Below the pieces are notes generated by a model. It saw only the letters and a list, made by a program, of their open reading frames with translations, had not been told where the DNA came from and made no database searches. From Octopus sinensis (Eukaryota), in the NCBI RefSeq assembly GCF_006345805.1, contig NC_043010.1:16058001-16122000 (forward strand): DNA of 64,000 nt, written 5' to 3'. A program made the position numbers and the translations under genes. Position 1 is the stretch's first letter. The number at the start of each line of letters is the position of its first letter. This document shows, one piece after another, positions 24,671 to 37,626 of the stretch.

Positions 24671-25399
24671 ACGATAATAATAATAATAATTAAGACCAAG
24701 AGTGATAAAACTCATTCAGAGCAAACACAGGATGTGTGGGGAAAGGACAAAAGTATAAAGCATGGTCTAAGCAAGAGCAAAAAGGCTAGCAAAACGAAAA
24801 ATAAATAAATATTAATGCAGGGGTGAGAGTAAAAAGATTGTATGAGAAAGTTAGCCAAGTCGGAGACTAGGATTGGGAACGATTACTCTGTGTTACCAAG
24901 TTTTGGTTTTTTTCTGTCTTTTGTTTGTAAGTGTTATTTCCTATTTGCTTCTATCAGGAAATCAAAGGAAATGGCTACTGTTCCTTTCAAATTTTGCTTC
25001 TGTGACTAGGATATCAATGTTTTGAAACTGACCTATTTTCCATTACATTTCTGACAGATTCAGTACTGAGTTGCTGAAGCAGAATTTTCTAGAACTTTTG
25101 TTATAGCAAATATTCTGTTCAATAACCACAGATTTGTTTGTCAGTTGCTTGACCTTAACCACTTGAGCTTGTCTCTTTGTGGCTGACAATGTGTGCATCT
25201 GTAATTATGAGCAGGAGTAGTGGGTGGGAGCATCATAACCATGCATTGAGGAGAGAGATTCTTTGGGGTTTGAATAAATGTGACAAAAGCAAAGTCTGAA
25301 GGAAATATTAGCCATTTTTCATACTTTCTAGGATTAAGCAAACAGGAAGTAATGGTTGCTGTCCAAGGACAAAAATCATGTTAGTGTTATAAGAGGACT

Positions 25400-25745
25400 T
25401 AATGGGATTTCCCCATAAAGACTGACCCTGCTATTGAGGCAAGAAGATCAGATTTGATAATCAGGAACAAAATAAACAACCATTATAAAAATCATAGACT
25501 CTGCAATTCCAAATAATAAAAGAGTGGATACCAGCAAAATTGAAAACTCTGAGAAATATCAGGACCTAACCAAAGAGCTGAAAAGATTGCAGATGGCAAA
25601 GGGAGCAATCGTTCCTGGAGTGAAAGGAAAAAGAAAAAAATAGAATAATTTACCAGCTTGAAGTCTGGAATCCTCAAGTGCTGGGGCAGAGAAGTTAATA
25701 AAACCATTTTATTGTTGATTATTACTGGGTTCTTGGAAACAGTGA
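25400..25745 (+). mobile_element. R4/Dong-like RLE-type non-LTR retrotransposon fragment
   Basis: WDFPIKTDPAIEARRSDLII...IDSAIP..EKYQDLTKELKRL matches the restriction-like endonuclease region. Confidence 0.6.
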
Positions 25746-25858
25746 CAAAAAATTTGAGAACACACTTTGGAAAACTATCTTAACCTTTGAGTAGGTGCAG
25801 TGCAGAAAACATGTTTGATAGGTTCTGAAAGAAGTATCAGGAAAGTCCTCAATAAAAA

Positions 25859-26228
25859 GGGATTTTTTTCGGTTTGAACGGCAGTTTTTAACATAATTTC
25901 TAGATAATTAAAAAATTTTAAACTTCATATACTGGTAGAATGTGTTTATAAAACATCTTTTTCTCTTGGCTTTATTGAGAAAATTCTATAGTTTGTAAGA
26001 TATTTGTTGTTTTTGAGGTAAATAACATTCTGTGCCGTATGAATATGTCCTTCGTTTAAGAAACAGATTGGGTTTATTTACATTTGTGAAGAAAAAAAGA
26101 TACCCTTCCCCCACCCCTAACCCTAAAACAGATTGAAATGCAATAGATCGATACTAGGGTCATAATTATGGGTGACAATTTCATATGACACCGCTAGAAA
26201 AAACTGCCGTTCAAACTGAAAAGATCCC
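25859..26228 (+). mobile_element. GGG..CCC MITE (orientation A, internal deletion)
   Basis: Same TIRs and internal sequence as other copies. Confidence 0.85.
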
Positions 26229-26299
26229 AAAGTAAGAACAGATATGAAGGGCAGAAATTACTTTGGTACACAAGATAGAAAATACTTCCCATCCTTGAC

Positions 26300-27346
26300 C
26301 ACAAGTTGTGGCTTTACAGAAAATGTAATGAAACAGTGCACAACACCAGTTCTGTTAAGCAGCAGCAACAACAATGGAGGCCAAACCGACCAAACATGTG
26401 TGTCTATTGTATAAACTGTTAAATGTCCCCATATGAATGTTTTAACTGTATCAAAAAGAAAGAACATTCTAAATGTTTGGATACTATAAGGACACCCCAA
26501 TTCAACCAATGGGTCCAAACCATTATTGATGATGATCCTGGGAAGTCAAAGAGGGCCATCACCAAAGAACTTCAGGACGTGCAATACAAGCTGTATGTAC
26601 TGAAGAAAGGCCAATTCATGTCTGCATAGACACAGGAGAACTATTCAAGCCATGCCACATGGTTACTTCACAAGGTTAAAAACCCTCATAAACATGGCAT
26701 GCTTTGGTTTTACTCTGATGAGGAAAACTTTGACCAAGACCAAAAGTCTAACAGGGGAAATAACATATGGTTATGTACAGATCCTTCTGATGTCTCCAGA
26801 ATGATACACACTAAGTTTCCAGGAACTATGTGGTGGTTTTGAGTGTGGTGAAGGTCGTGTCATGTCACCTCACATCTACAGTTTTAGAATTTATGTTGCT
26901 GGATATGTTGAAGTGCTGAAGAGAGTTCAGCCCTGAATATATAAAGTATGAAGTGGAAAATATTTCAACAAGACTCAGAACCTCTTCAGAAGCCAAAGTA
27001 ATCTGTAGCTTCCAAACTCACTCAATTTCAATCTCATGTATCCTGATGTTGGCAGCGTTGTTGAAAGGGAGACTAATCAACATCCTCACAGTACCATAGT
27101 TTCATTGAAGGCTGCCATTCTCCTGGTAATGTCCAGATAAGGACCGTTTAGTGCTGACATATCAATGATTCTGGTCCCACATTGATAGAGTCATTGAAGC
27201 TGAAGGTGGAGTCATAGAATAATCTCATAAGAAAGCTTATGAAGATAATGTACACAAACTTTTGCTAAAATGCATTTGGTTTTTTGCCAAACAAGAGTTG
27301 TTTTATTAAATTATCAAATATGTTCTCAAATACCAGTCACCCTGTA
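26300..27346 (+). pseudogene. Tc1/mariner-superfamily (maT/DD37D-like) transposase relic
   Basis: Degenerate FYSDEENFDQDQKSNRGNNIWLCTDPSDVSRMIHTKFPGT, FQQDSEP and an SPD-like block; ends ...CCAGTCACCCTGTA. Confidence 0.65.
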
Positions 27347-27957
27347 TACATACTACCAGTAGCAGGTGTCTAAATTGCATCATAAGAAGCAAAGGAAACG
27401 GAGGTGCAGAAAGAGTTGTATCAACAAAACCGAAATACTCAGCCAGTAAGAGACGTAAGTTCAATCCTTCCTCAACCTGGTCTATTCAAAGATATTTATT
27501 TTATGCTATGCAAGAAACTTCCTTCTGTGTATACAAATCACCTGTTACAGAAGAGGTACGGAGGACTAGTATAATACTGAGATCCCAAGAGGAATCAGAG
27601 TGAAGGCAAAGGAGGGGATAAATAATGAAAAGTGATAGAATCAGCCAAGAAACATCCTGAGTTAATTATTGGTTACAAAAGATGAACTGACACAATTAAC
27701 ACAAATGATGTTTATTTAATTAGGTAACAATTACTGTAGTTTAATGACTGTTGGTTATGTTAATCAGTTAAAGTTTAAAAATTCAGTGTAATCAAATTTC
27801 TTCAGTTAACAATATAATCCTTAAATCCTTAAAAATGTTTTAGCCCGAAGGCCGCGGCCATGCTGGGGCACCACCGCTGTATATAGTTTAATATAGTTTA
27901 ACATATAGTTTAATATAGTTTAACATTGTTTATTCAATTAATAATAATTGATCAATT

Positions 27958-28158
27958 CTTTTATTCTTTTACTGGCTTGTTTCGGTCATTTGACTGGGAC
28001 CACGCTGGAGCACTGCCTTTTAGTCAAAGAAATCGACCGATGGGTTTAAAGCCTGGTACTTATTTTATCAGCCTCTTCTGCCAAACTGCTATGTTATAGG
28101 GATGTAAACACACCAACATCGGTTATCAAGCAATGGGGTGATGCATACACACAAATAT

Positions 28159-28191
<33 letters not shown>

Positions 28192-28349
28192 CGATGGGCT
28201 TTTTTTAGTTTCCGCCTACAAAATCCACTGACAAGGATTTGGTTGGCCTTAGGCTAGAGTAGAAGACACTTGCCCAAGGTGCCACACAGTGGGACTGAAC
28301 CCAGAATCATTTGGTTGGGAAACAAGCTTCTTACCACACAGCCATGCCT
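27958..28349 (-). mobile_element. Family B SINE, full length
   Basis: Reverse copy of 46238-46644 including the internal (TA)(TG) microsatellite. Confidence 0.8.
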
Positions 28350-28969
28350 GCACCTATGTTGATTATTTTTCAAAATGGTTTAATAAATATTTACACAATC
28401 ACTTCAGAAGAAACCACTTAGAAAAATTAATTCATCTGTCATATATATTGAAAACAATTCATAAAGTTAATAGTGATAATTACTGAGTTGTAATTATTTG
28501 AAGACACATAATAACAATAATCTACAGCAAATATTCTGTTCAATACCACAGATTTGCTTGACCTTAACCAATTAAGCATGTCCCTTAGTGGCTGACGATA
28601 TGTGCATCTCTGATCACAAGCAGAAGTAGTGGGGGAGTATTGTAGCCATGTGTTGAGAGGAATTCTTTGGAGTTTGAATAATCCACCTCTGGAAACATAG
28701 GTGTTTCATTTAACATCCTTAAACAACCTTTATTCAGGAACCTTTTGAGTGGGATGGGCTACTCAACCTGAAAATTCTAACTGGGCCCCACCTGCAAAGT
28801 CATGTGCTGTTTATCTTGATATGAGATCACTATGTCGCACACATATGGTCATGATGCATGTGCTTGGTGTACCCTTACCAGACGGGTAGTCATGATGGGT
28901 ATGCTGGGCTTCGTATATTTTACCCCAGTATCACTTTGATGGCATGTACTACTCTCTCACTTAATAATA

Positions 28970-29310
28970 ATAATAATTTCAAATTTTAGCACAAGGCCAG
29001 CAATTTCAGGGAATGGGTAAGTCGATTTCATTGAACCCAACGCTCAACTCGTACTTATTTTATCGACCCCGAAAGGATGAACGGTAAAGTCGACCTCGAC
29101 GGAATTTGAATTCAGAATGTAATGTCGCTCAACATTTTACCAGGGTTGCTAACGATTCTGCCAATAATAATAATAAGAAGAAGAATAAGAATAATCCTTT
29201 CTACTAAAGACACACACAAGGCCTGAAATCTTGGGGAAGGGTACTAATCGATTACATCGACTCTAATGTTTCACAGGTACTTTATTTATCGACCCCGAAA
29301 AGATGAAAGG
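28970..29310 (-). mobile_element. Two family A SINE fragments
   Basis: TATCGACCCCGAAAGGATGAA..GTAAAGTCGACCTCG..GAATTTGAATTCAGAA. Confidence 0.7.
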
Positions 29311-29843
29311 TAAAATATTAATAATTATTTCATTAAATTTCATTTTCCCAATTTCTCGGTCGATTTTTCCTTCTGTTCCGATCCCGGATCTTCTGAGCTC
29401 ATCTGATGAAGTATTTTTAGACACACCCTATGCCAATAGCGTACGATTTTTGTATTCTCTTTTTTTTTTTTCTGAGGCAAGAACCCCTAACATTCATTAA
29501 AATGATAAATTATTTGGTCTAATGTTCATATATTTCTCAAAGACAGCGGAAAAGTGATTTTGCTTCGGTTGGGAGACGAAACAGAGCAACGAACCCGACG
29601 TATTGTTGTTGTTGTATTACGTCTGATGGTATTTTCTTAAAACAATCCAAATTGACAATGTTTCGGTTTGATGCCAGTTATACTAACAAGTTTTCATTTA
29701 GTGTCAGATTACCAGATATATATTTTCTTTCTTTTAAGGAAAGAAAAAATATTAATGGAATGAACAGAATTGCATCGGATTAGTAAATATTGACAGATCT
29801 TGGCAATAAACTACAATGTCTTGGAAAGAGTGTATAGAATTAC

Positions 29844-29986
29844 CTGAGTATGAAGACAACTGTAATAATAAAGCAAACAAGGACTGTTATAACCGAATAG
29901 AAGTTGGAATAGTTGGCTAAAACCAAAAGACTGGCGCTGAAGTCCTGACCAGTGTTGCTCGGGTTCAACTCGGCGGAAGACGCCAT
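29844..29986 (-). CDS. CGRRF1: CGRRF1-like, exon 1 (start codon, N-terminal transmembrane segment)
   Basis: MASSAELNPSNTGQDFSASLLVLANYSNFYSVITVLVCFIITVVFIL AG|gtaatt; resembles vertebrate FLVTLYEYSPLFYIAVVFTCFIVT. The six exons total 1326 nt = 441 aa + stop with all phases compatible. Confidence 0.85.
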
Positions 29987-30289
29987 TGCTGTAGCAATGG
30001 GTCGGTTGGAGTTATCTACCTTGATGATACCAGAATTTAGGAATTTATTTAGTTTCAGAACAGAAATAAAAGAATTATGTCATTAATAAAGCGGCCAAGT
30101 GGGAACTATTCATAAGAACGTCGAATAAAATATCTTACGTGAGTCGTTGTGGATCTCTGCTGTCAGAGTTCAAATACCATCCAGGTTAACTTTGCGTTTT
30201 ATTCTTTCGAGGTCTAGTCGATATAGTGCAAGTAAAGTGGTTCTCTCTCACTCGATTTTTTTTCCTACACTTCAAAGATTCACTCTTAT

Positions 30290-30497
30290 AATAATAATAA
30301 TGAAATTATTGTATACAGTGCTCAGGTACACCACAACTTGTCAGAAAGTGCGTATAGAGTATATGCAGTAATGTACAAATGTCAGGAAAGCAAACAATGT
30401 ATGAGTCAGATACATGCTTGCGTGTGTGTGGAGGGGAGAAAATCAGGTGTAGTGTTGGCGAATCTCAGAAAGCATGGAAGTTTTGAAGGATGCAGTT
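30290..30497 (-). mobile_element. CR1-type LINE 3' end (same family as 18280-18680)
   Basis: Direct similarity to 18280-18485 including the (TAT)n tail. Confidence 0.7.
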
Positions 30498-30774
30498 GTC
30501 ATATTCCATCACTCTAATTTGACGTAAGTCAACGTGACACAATTACGTTAAAGATACACACGTCTATGAAATACCCAGCCACTCGCACTTTAATTTTATA
30601 AGTAGGAATTCACTTGATCGAACAGCTGAATAAACAACATCTGGAGCTGGTGAAGAATCCACCGACACTGGTTTAAAGATTCGTGTTTGGAGCGGGAAAT
30701 TGTACGATTGCAAGTGTTATAACGCTTGTTATATATAGTTTAGGCATATATAACGAATGTTGTATATATATCTG

Positions 30775-30970
30775 TTTCTTTACTACCCACAAGGGGCTAA
30801 ACACAGAGGGGACAAACAAGGACAGACAAACGGATTAAGTCGATTACGTTGACCTCAGTGCGTAACTGGTACTTAATTTATCGACCCCGAAAGGATGAAA
30901 GGCAAAGTCGACCTCGGCGGGGTTTGAACTCAGAACGTAGCGGCAGACGAAATACCGCTAAGCATTTCGG
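30775..30970 (-). mobile_element. Family A SINE, head truncated
   Basis: Matches family A consensus. Confidence 0.8.
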
Positions 30971-31707
30971 TATTTCTATGTGAGCTTGCCCATCCATGCA
31001 AACACAGCTTCTTTTTTTTTAAGAAGTCACGCTATTACTTGTGTGGAATCATTTGTTTTAAGAGACCCTCGCGACCACTATTACTTTCACCTTCACATGG
31101 ATTACTGGTTCTGGATTCATAATAATATGGAAGTCTGTCGGGGTTTGACAGTGACGCGGAGATGGGAATGGAACCCAAAGGCGGACGCGCAGACGCGGCC
31201 ACATGTTGGGCACGTGACAGCAGAAGTAGGGTTGGGGATCCTCTCTTTTCGGGCTTGTCGCTTCTGATCCAGGCTCTTGAGGCGTTTTTCCTCGAACAGC
31301 CTAACACCCTTTTGGACAGCTGGACGCCAGGCGCCGCGGTCAGAGGCAAGTGATTCCCAGTCATGGACTGAAATGCCGCAGGCCTCAAGGGTGTTATATA
31401 ATCATCACAACAAACATGAACAATCAACGTCGCCCATTGTCTCCCTTGATAAAAGGACTTTCACTTTGTTTCCCGCCAAAACAATTAACTTGTACAACAA
31501 CGGCAGTCGAATAAAGTATCTTGTATCGTTAACACGTTGTTTCAGTCTCTCTCATTTTCTTAATCTTTCATACTAAGTACTCACTACTTCCTTTAATACT
31601 CAATACATTATATATATATAACAACAACATGGTGTCAGAATACTAAAAGAACCAAAAATACAGAAACCAAAGGAAAAAAGAAGTTGAAATCATACTTCAA
31701 AGACGAA

Positions 31708-32747
31708 ATGGAAAATTACCGCATCCAAAAGACCTAGACTTTAATCAGGAAAATCTAGCCGCAGCATGGAAAAAGTGGAAAAAAGAATTCAATCTCTTTT
31801 TGATAGCAACAGAAAGTGACATGAAGCCAGACAAAGTAAAAACTTCAATGTTTTTAACTTGCATCGGTTCTAAAGGCCGATATATCCATTCCACACTGGA
31901 TTTCGATTCACCCGACGAAGAAATGAACCTTCAGACAGTAATCGAAAAATTCGATGCATATTGTGAACCCAGGAAAAACATAACTTTCCTAAGACACAAA
32001 TTCTTCACATGTGGACAAGCGGAACATCAAAAATTCGATGAGTACGTAGTAGAGTTGCGCCAAAAGGCACAACAGTGCGAATTCGGCAACCTCACAGACA
32101 GTCTCACCAAAGATATTCTGATATGTGGAATCAGAGACATGAGATTAAGAGAAAGATTATTGAGAGAACCAAATTTAGACCTACAAAAAACAATTCAAGC
32201 AGGTCAGAGTGCAGAGCAAACACGACTCCAATCAAGGATGCTAAATGCCACATCCGAAACAAGAGATAACGAAATCTCGAGGGTATATAGTCAACACGAC
32301 AGAAAAGGCGCCAAAACTCAAATAACCCGCCATATGCAATACAGACATCAAAACGAACAAGGCGGAAGTGACAGAAAGCCCGCGAAGTTTCAAGCGCCAA
32401 GTCAACACTACGTCACTAACTGTCACTATTGTGGTTATAATCACAAAAGAAATAAATGCCCAGCATTTCACAAGACATGTGAAAAATGCAAGAAACAAGG
32501 ACACTATGCAAAAATGTGCAAATCAAGAAAATTTGTACATAAAGTAGAGATACATACCGACGATGAATCAGATGACGATACACATGCACTCGAAATGATC
32601 ACTGCAAATAATTCCCGCGTGCACAAAATCGAAAAGTTCAAGACTCCAAAAGACATTTGGATGGTCGAACTAAAAGTGAACAACTCGAATGTAACATTCA
32701 AAAGATACAGGAGCAGACGTAACCGTACTGCCATTCAGAGAATATAG
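31708..32747 (+). CDS. gag: Gypsy gag (two zinc-knuckle motifs), frameshift near 31726
   Basis: ATG 31708; after a 1-nt shift DLDFNQENLAAAWKKWKKEF..; CHYCGYNHKRNKC and CEKCKKQGHYAKMC. Confidence 0.88.
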
Positions 32748-35645
32748 AAATATAATTCCAAAACCACAACTGCAAAAAACTTCAACTCGATTATCAGCTT
32801 ATAATAACACAGCTATAAAAGTGCTAGGAAAATGCACAGCAGTTATTAAATACAAAGAATTATCAAAGCAAATAAAATTCATAGTTGCAAAAACAAACTC
32901 GCACGCAGTTATAGATGCAAAGACAGCTAAAGATCTGAACCTGATTCAGAGAATTTCAAAAATAAATTCGTCGAACACAAACGACATTAGAAAAATATGA
33001 AGACTGTTTCGGAGAAATCGGCACTTTGTCAATAACACATCATATCACAGTGGATCCACAAATAACTCCTGTAATTCATCCACCAAGATCGGTTCCTTTT
33101 TCTATAAAAGAAAACTCAACAAAGAATTAAAAAGAATGACAGAATTAGATATCATAAAACCTGTTAGTGAACCTACAGACTGGGTAAATTCCCTAGTCAT
33201 CGTTGAAAAAGCCAACGGAAAACTCCGACTCTGTTTAGACCCCAAGAATCTAAACAAAGCCATAAAAAGGCAACATTTCAAACTCCCTACAGCGGAGGAC
33301 ATTTTTGCACAAATGCATAACCCTAAATATTTTTCAAAACTCGATGCATCTAATGGATACTGGCAAATTCCAGTTGACGAAGAAAGCTCCCATCTTTTAA
33401 CGTTCAACACACCTTTTGGAAGGTATCGCTTCACACGACTACCCTTTGGAATTCACAGCGCCAGTGAAGTTTTCCAAAAAGAAATTGCAAAAATAATAGA
33501 GGGCATAGAAGGAGCAAGAAATTCACAGGATGACATCATAATCTGGTCCAACACTTTAGAAGAACACACAAATAGACTACAACAAGTTTTCGATCGAATC
33601 CGAAAGCACGGATTAAAGTTAAATAAATCAAAGTGTATCTTCTATGAATCACAAATCAAGTACCTTGGGCATATATTAACCAGCGAAGGGATAAAACAAG
33701 ATCCAACCAAGGTACAAGCAATCATTCACATGCCACTGCCAACAAGTAAAAAAGAATTACAAAGATTCCTAGGTATGACAAATTACCTATGTAAATTTTT
33801 ATCTAATTACTCCGAAGTCACAGCACCATTGCGCCAGCTTCTACAGAGTGACACGTTATGGTCATTCGACAAACCACAAATCGAAGCAATAAAAAAGCTA
33901 AAAGAAATGATTACCAGAAAACCAGTGCTACAATTTTATGATCCAGATCTACCAATAAAAATAACTACAGATGCTAGTAAGCATGGGCTCGGAGCGATAC
34001 TTGAGCAGAAACACAACGAAAGATGGCTACCTGTTTCGTTTGCATCTCGTGCAACAACTCAAGCGGAACAAAACTACTGTCCGATAGAGAGCGAAGCTCT
34101 CAGTATAGTTTTCGCATGCAAGAAATTTCATCAGTTTATATACGGAACTCATTTCAGAATCGAAAATGACCATAAACCGTTGAAGCAAATATTCAAAAAA
34201 TCGATCACTAAATGCCCCCCCAGAATCCAAAGATTTCTACTAACATTACAAAGATATGATTTTGACCTAAACCACATACCTGGTAAAGAATCAATTGTTG
34301 CAGATACCCTATCACGTGCATACCTTGAGCAAAATACTCCAGAAGTATCAGACGAAGATATGAAATCGCACATTCATGCAGTAATAAAAAATTACCCCAT
34401 AGCCGACACTAAATTAAAAGAGTATAAAGAAGCCACTGCAGACGACCCGTCTCTACAGACACTCGTCACATATACAAGAACAGATGGCCCCCAAAAGACA
34501 AAATACCAATAAACATCAAACCATTCGTATCTGTTCGTGATGAAATATCAATCGTCAATGGTCTCGTTCTAAAAGGTTCAAGAATAATTGTACCTAAGTC
34601 ATTACGTAGAGAAGCTCTACAGGAAATACATACCGGACACATGGGTATCGAAAAATGCATAGAGAGAGCGAAAGAATGTATATACTGGCCCGGCATTAAC
34701 GCTCAAATCAAAGACATGATTAACACATGCTCATACTGCATTGACTACAAAAATCAACAAGCAGCCGAACCACTAATAAATCATGAAATACCTACTACAC
34801 CATGGACCAAAGTGGGTACAGACGTATTTCACCTGTCTGGAAATTCGTATGTCACAATTATTGACTATACAACAAGATTTTTTGATCTACACGAAATAAA
34901 TGATTGCCAGTCAAAAACCGTAATCAAAAAATTAAAAGAAACTTTTGCTAAATTCGGAATTCCGCAAACAGTTGTAAGTGACAACGGTCCAGAATTCAAT
35001 TCGGCTGAATTCAAAAAATTTGCAAAAAATTGGCATTTTCATCACACGAAGACAAGCCCGCATTATCATCAAGTGAATGGCATGGTTGAGAGAAATATAC
35101 AGACAATAAAAAAGACGCTAAAAAAGGCATTCAAAAGTGACGAAGAACCTCAGTTAGCGCTCTTAGCATTACGCACGACTAAATTACAAAATGGTGCACC
35201 ATCCCCTGCAAATCAAATAATGAATAGAACATTGCGAACAAATCTCCCAAACATACTACACGACAAAATTGGTATCAGGCCTCACGAAAAGAAGAAATCA
35301 AACATTACAACAGGACTCCCAGAGTTAAAACCACACGACACGGTTAGAATTAAGTTTAACAACAATTGGTTTAGAAGGGGCAAAATAATTAAAAAACTAG
35401 AGCAACCTCGTTCATACTTAGTAATAACAGAGGAAGGAAATACAGTCAAACGAAATAGACAACATATTCTTAAAACAAACGAACACGTTCGCATAACAGA
35501 AGAATTAGATTATGAAAATATATTTCCAAAGTCAACAAACACGCATGAAAAAACAAAAACAGCACAACTACAGAATTCAACACTACAAAATAATAAAACC
35601 ACAAAAAGTGGACGACGAATAATTATTCCCTGTAGATACAGATGA
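32690..35645 (+). CDS. pol: Gypsy pol (protease, RT, RNase H, integrase) with four small frameshifts
   Basis: DTGADVTVLP; LDASNGYWQ, LPFG, QDDIIIW; TDASKHGLGA, DHKPL; HTGHMG..CSYC, SDNGPEF, NGMVER. Confidence 0.92.
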
Positions 35646-36420
35646 TATAAAAAAAAAAAAAAAGGAAGATGTTATATAATCATCACAACAAACATGAACA
35701 ATCAACGTCGCCCATTGTCTCCCTTGATAAAAGGACTTTCACTTTGTTTCCCGCCAAAACAATTAACTTGTACAACAACGGCAGTCGAATAAAGTATCTT
35801 GTATCGTTAACACGTTGTTTCAGTCTCTCTCATTTTCTTAATCTTTCATACTAAGTACTCACTACTTCCTTTAATACTCAATACATTATATATATATAAC
35901 AACAACAAAGGGAAGTTTTCAGGCTGTTCTTGTATTGCCTCCGTGGCCTTCCAGAGTGTCTTGCTCCAGAAGCCAGCTCAAAGAAGAAGATCATCTTTGG
36001 TAGACGCGCGTCGTCCATTTGGACTACATGTCCGACCCACCGGTGCTGGGCTTTCATGATGAGGGCTTTGATCCCAGGCATTTCGGCTCTGCGAAGCACC
36101 TCAGTGTTGGAGACTCTGTTCACCCAGGAAATCCCCATGATTCATCGCAAGCAGCGGATGTGGAACTGGTCAAGTACTCGTATTTGCCTCCTATACAGCG
36201 TCCACGTCTCGATTCACAATATTCATCAAACCCACAAAATAAAAAGAATATTGTACTAGTGGGACCCGTGGTAATTCCACAAAGCGAAAAAAAAAAAATA
36301 ATAATAATTAGAGGAGCTGTTGAAAAAAGAAAGAATGGTTTGCATTTTCATTACATATAAATCTTGTTGCCAGTATGATAAATGATTTAAAAAATACAAT
36401 AACAATCTCTACAATACCTA

Positions 36421-36651
36421 TTTCTTTACTACCCACAAGGGGCTAAACACAGAGGGGACAAACAAGGGCATACAAACGGATTAAGTCGATTATATCGACC
36501 CCAGTGTGTAACTGGTACTTAATTTATCGACGCCGAAAGGATGAAAGGCAAAGTCGACCTCGGCGGAATTTGAACTCAGAACGTAACAGCAGACGAAATA
36601 CGGCTACGCATTTCGCCCGGCGTGCTAACGATTCTGCCAGCTCGCCACCTT
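36421..36651 (-). mobile_element. Full-length family A SINE with 19-bp TSD (1 mismatch)
   Basis: ACAATCTCTACAATACCTA before and ACAATCTCTACAATGCCTA after. Confidence 0.88.
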
Positions 36652-36807
36652 ACAATCTCTACAATGCCTAATAGGCATATCATTTGTTAGTATTTAATTC
36701 TATTGAAACTGTAAAATCAATGTTATTTTTATTTCGATGATGTTCAATAGTTTTGCAAAATTAAATTAGAAAATTGGACAAAACAGAAAATACAAAAGCT
36801 CTCTAAT

Positions 36808-37290
36808 GGCTGTTGAGACATGCCAGCATGCTTGCAGCATTGCTGCAGGTGATGACGAGGCTGATGTGCTGCAACAGCCAGGCGCCCTCACGAGCCTCCC
36901 CAGTTACCTCTCGCAGTTAGTGGTCTGACCCCACCAAACATCTCGAACGCCATAGGATGGAAAATGTAGTTGGGCGGCAGATCGCGGTATTTCAGGATTT
37001 TGTTCCGCTCGCACCATCCAGTGTGTGAGAAGAAGCAAAGGAGTCGCTAATTTTTGATATCCCACACAAGGCATCTGCCTCGTGACCAGGGACACAGGGT
37101 GAGGAAGTCAGATCTTTTCCCGTTACATCTGGACAATCCAGATGGTTCCAAGATGGAGGGGATGTTTGCCTGGGCCAAGCTCCTCTTGAGTATCAGGCTC
37201 AACTCCGTATGACGCGCGAAACGACCAGCATTCAGGCGGCAAGAAAGACCGTGGCGACCCATGGAGTCGAGGAGCCTTCCACGACAGATC
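36808..37290 (-). mobile_element. CRE-clade non-LTR retrotransposon 3' fragment (zinc knuckle + RLE)
   Basis: HGLSCRLNAGRFARH...ILEPSGLSRCNGKRSD..PWSRGRCLVWD; KYRDLPPNYIFHPMAFE; GAWLLQHISLVI..NAASML. Confidence 0.72.
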
Positions 37291-37571
37291 AAACACGTTC
37301 ATACGTTAGCTCTATAATAATATAACCTAAGAGAAAACTCAAGGTAGCTTAAAACCGCTACAGGAAAATTGGTGACCCCAATTCCTGGATTATATATATA
37401 AAATTTTTATTTCCAGTGAAATGAAATGAACTGTATATGAACATTATAATTGTAAAGCTGTATTGGAAAGGCTAATTTCATATGTTTAACATGTAATTTA
37501 TAAATGCATTGCATATATTGATGTGTTATAACTATTAATTCAAATGTTGTATTGAAAAAAATATGTATTAC

Positions 37572-37626
37572 GTGACAATTTCATATGACACCGTTAGAAA
37601 AAACTGCCGTTCAAACCGAAAAGATC
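37572..37626 (+). mobile_element. Solo right end of GGG..CCC MITE
   Basis: GTGACAATTTCATATGACACCG..AAAAACTGCCGTTCAAACCGAAAAGATCC. Confidence 0.75.

Larger units (their letters stand above)
31392..35907 (+). mobile_element. Full-length Ty3/Gypsy LTR retrotransposon (Mag-like)
   Basis: Identical 238-bp LTRs (31392-31629, 35670-35907; TGT...ACA); TSD AAGGG (31387-31391, 35908-35912); PBS TGGTGTCAGAA (31630-31640, complementary to tRNA-Leu 3' end); PPT 35649-35669; gag-PR-RT-RH-INT order. Confidence 0.97.
30980..36210 (-). mobile_element. 5'-truncated RTE-clade LINE split by the Gypsy insertion (pieces 36210-35913 and 31391-30980)
   Basis: Removing the LTR element and one TSD copy gives a continuous frame ...RWVGHVVQMDDARLPK...YKNSLKTSLEACGISVHDWESLASDRGAWR...CPTCGRVCASAFGFHSHLR, stop at 31119-31117. 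Confidence 0.85.

Noticed and set aside
26715-26735. CTGATGAGGAAAAC
   Set aside because: It is the SDEEN coding motif of the maT transposase relic, with no stems.
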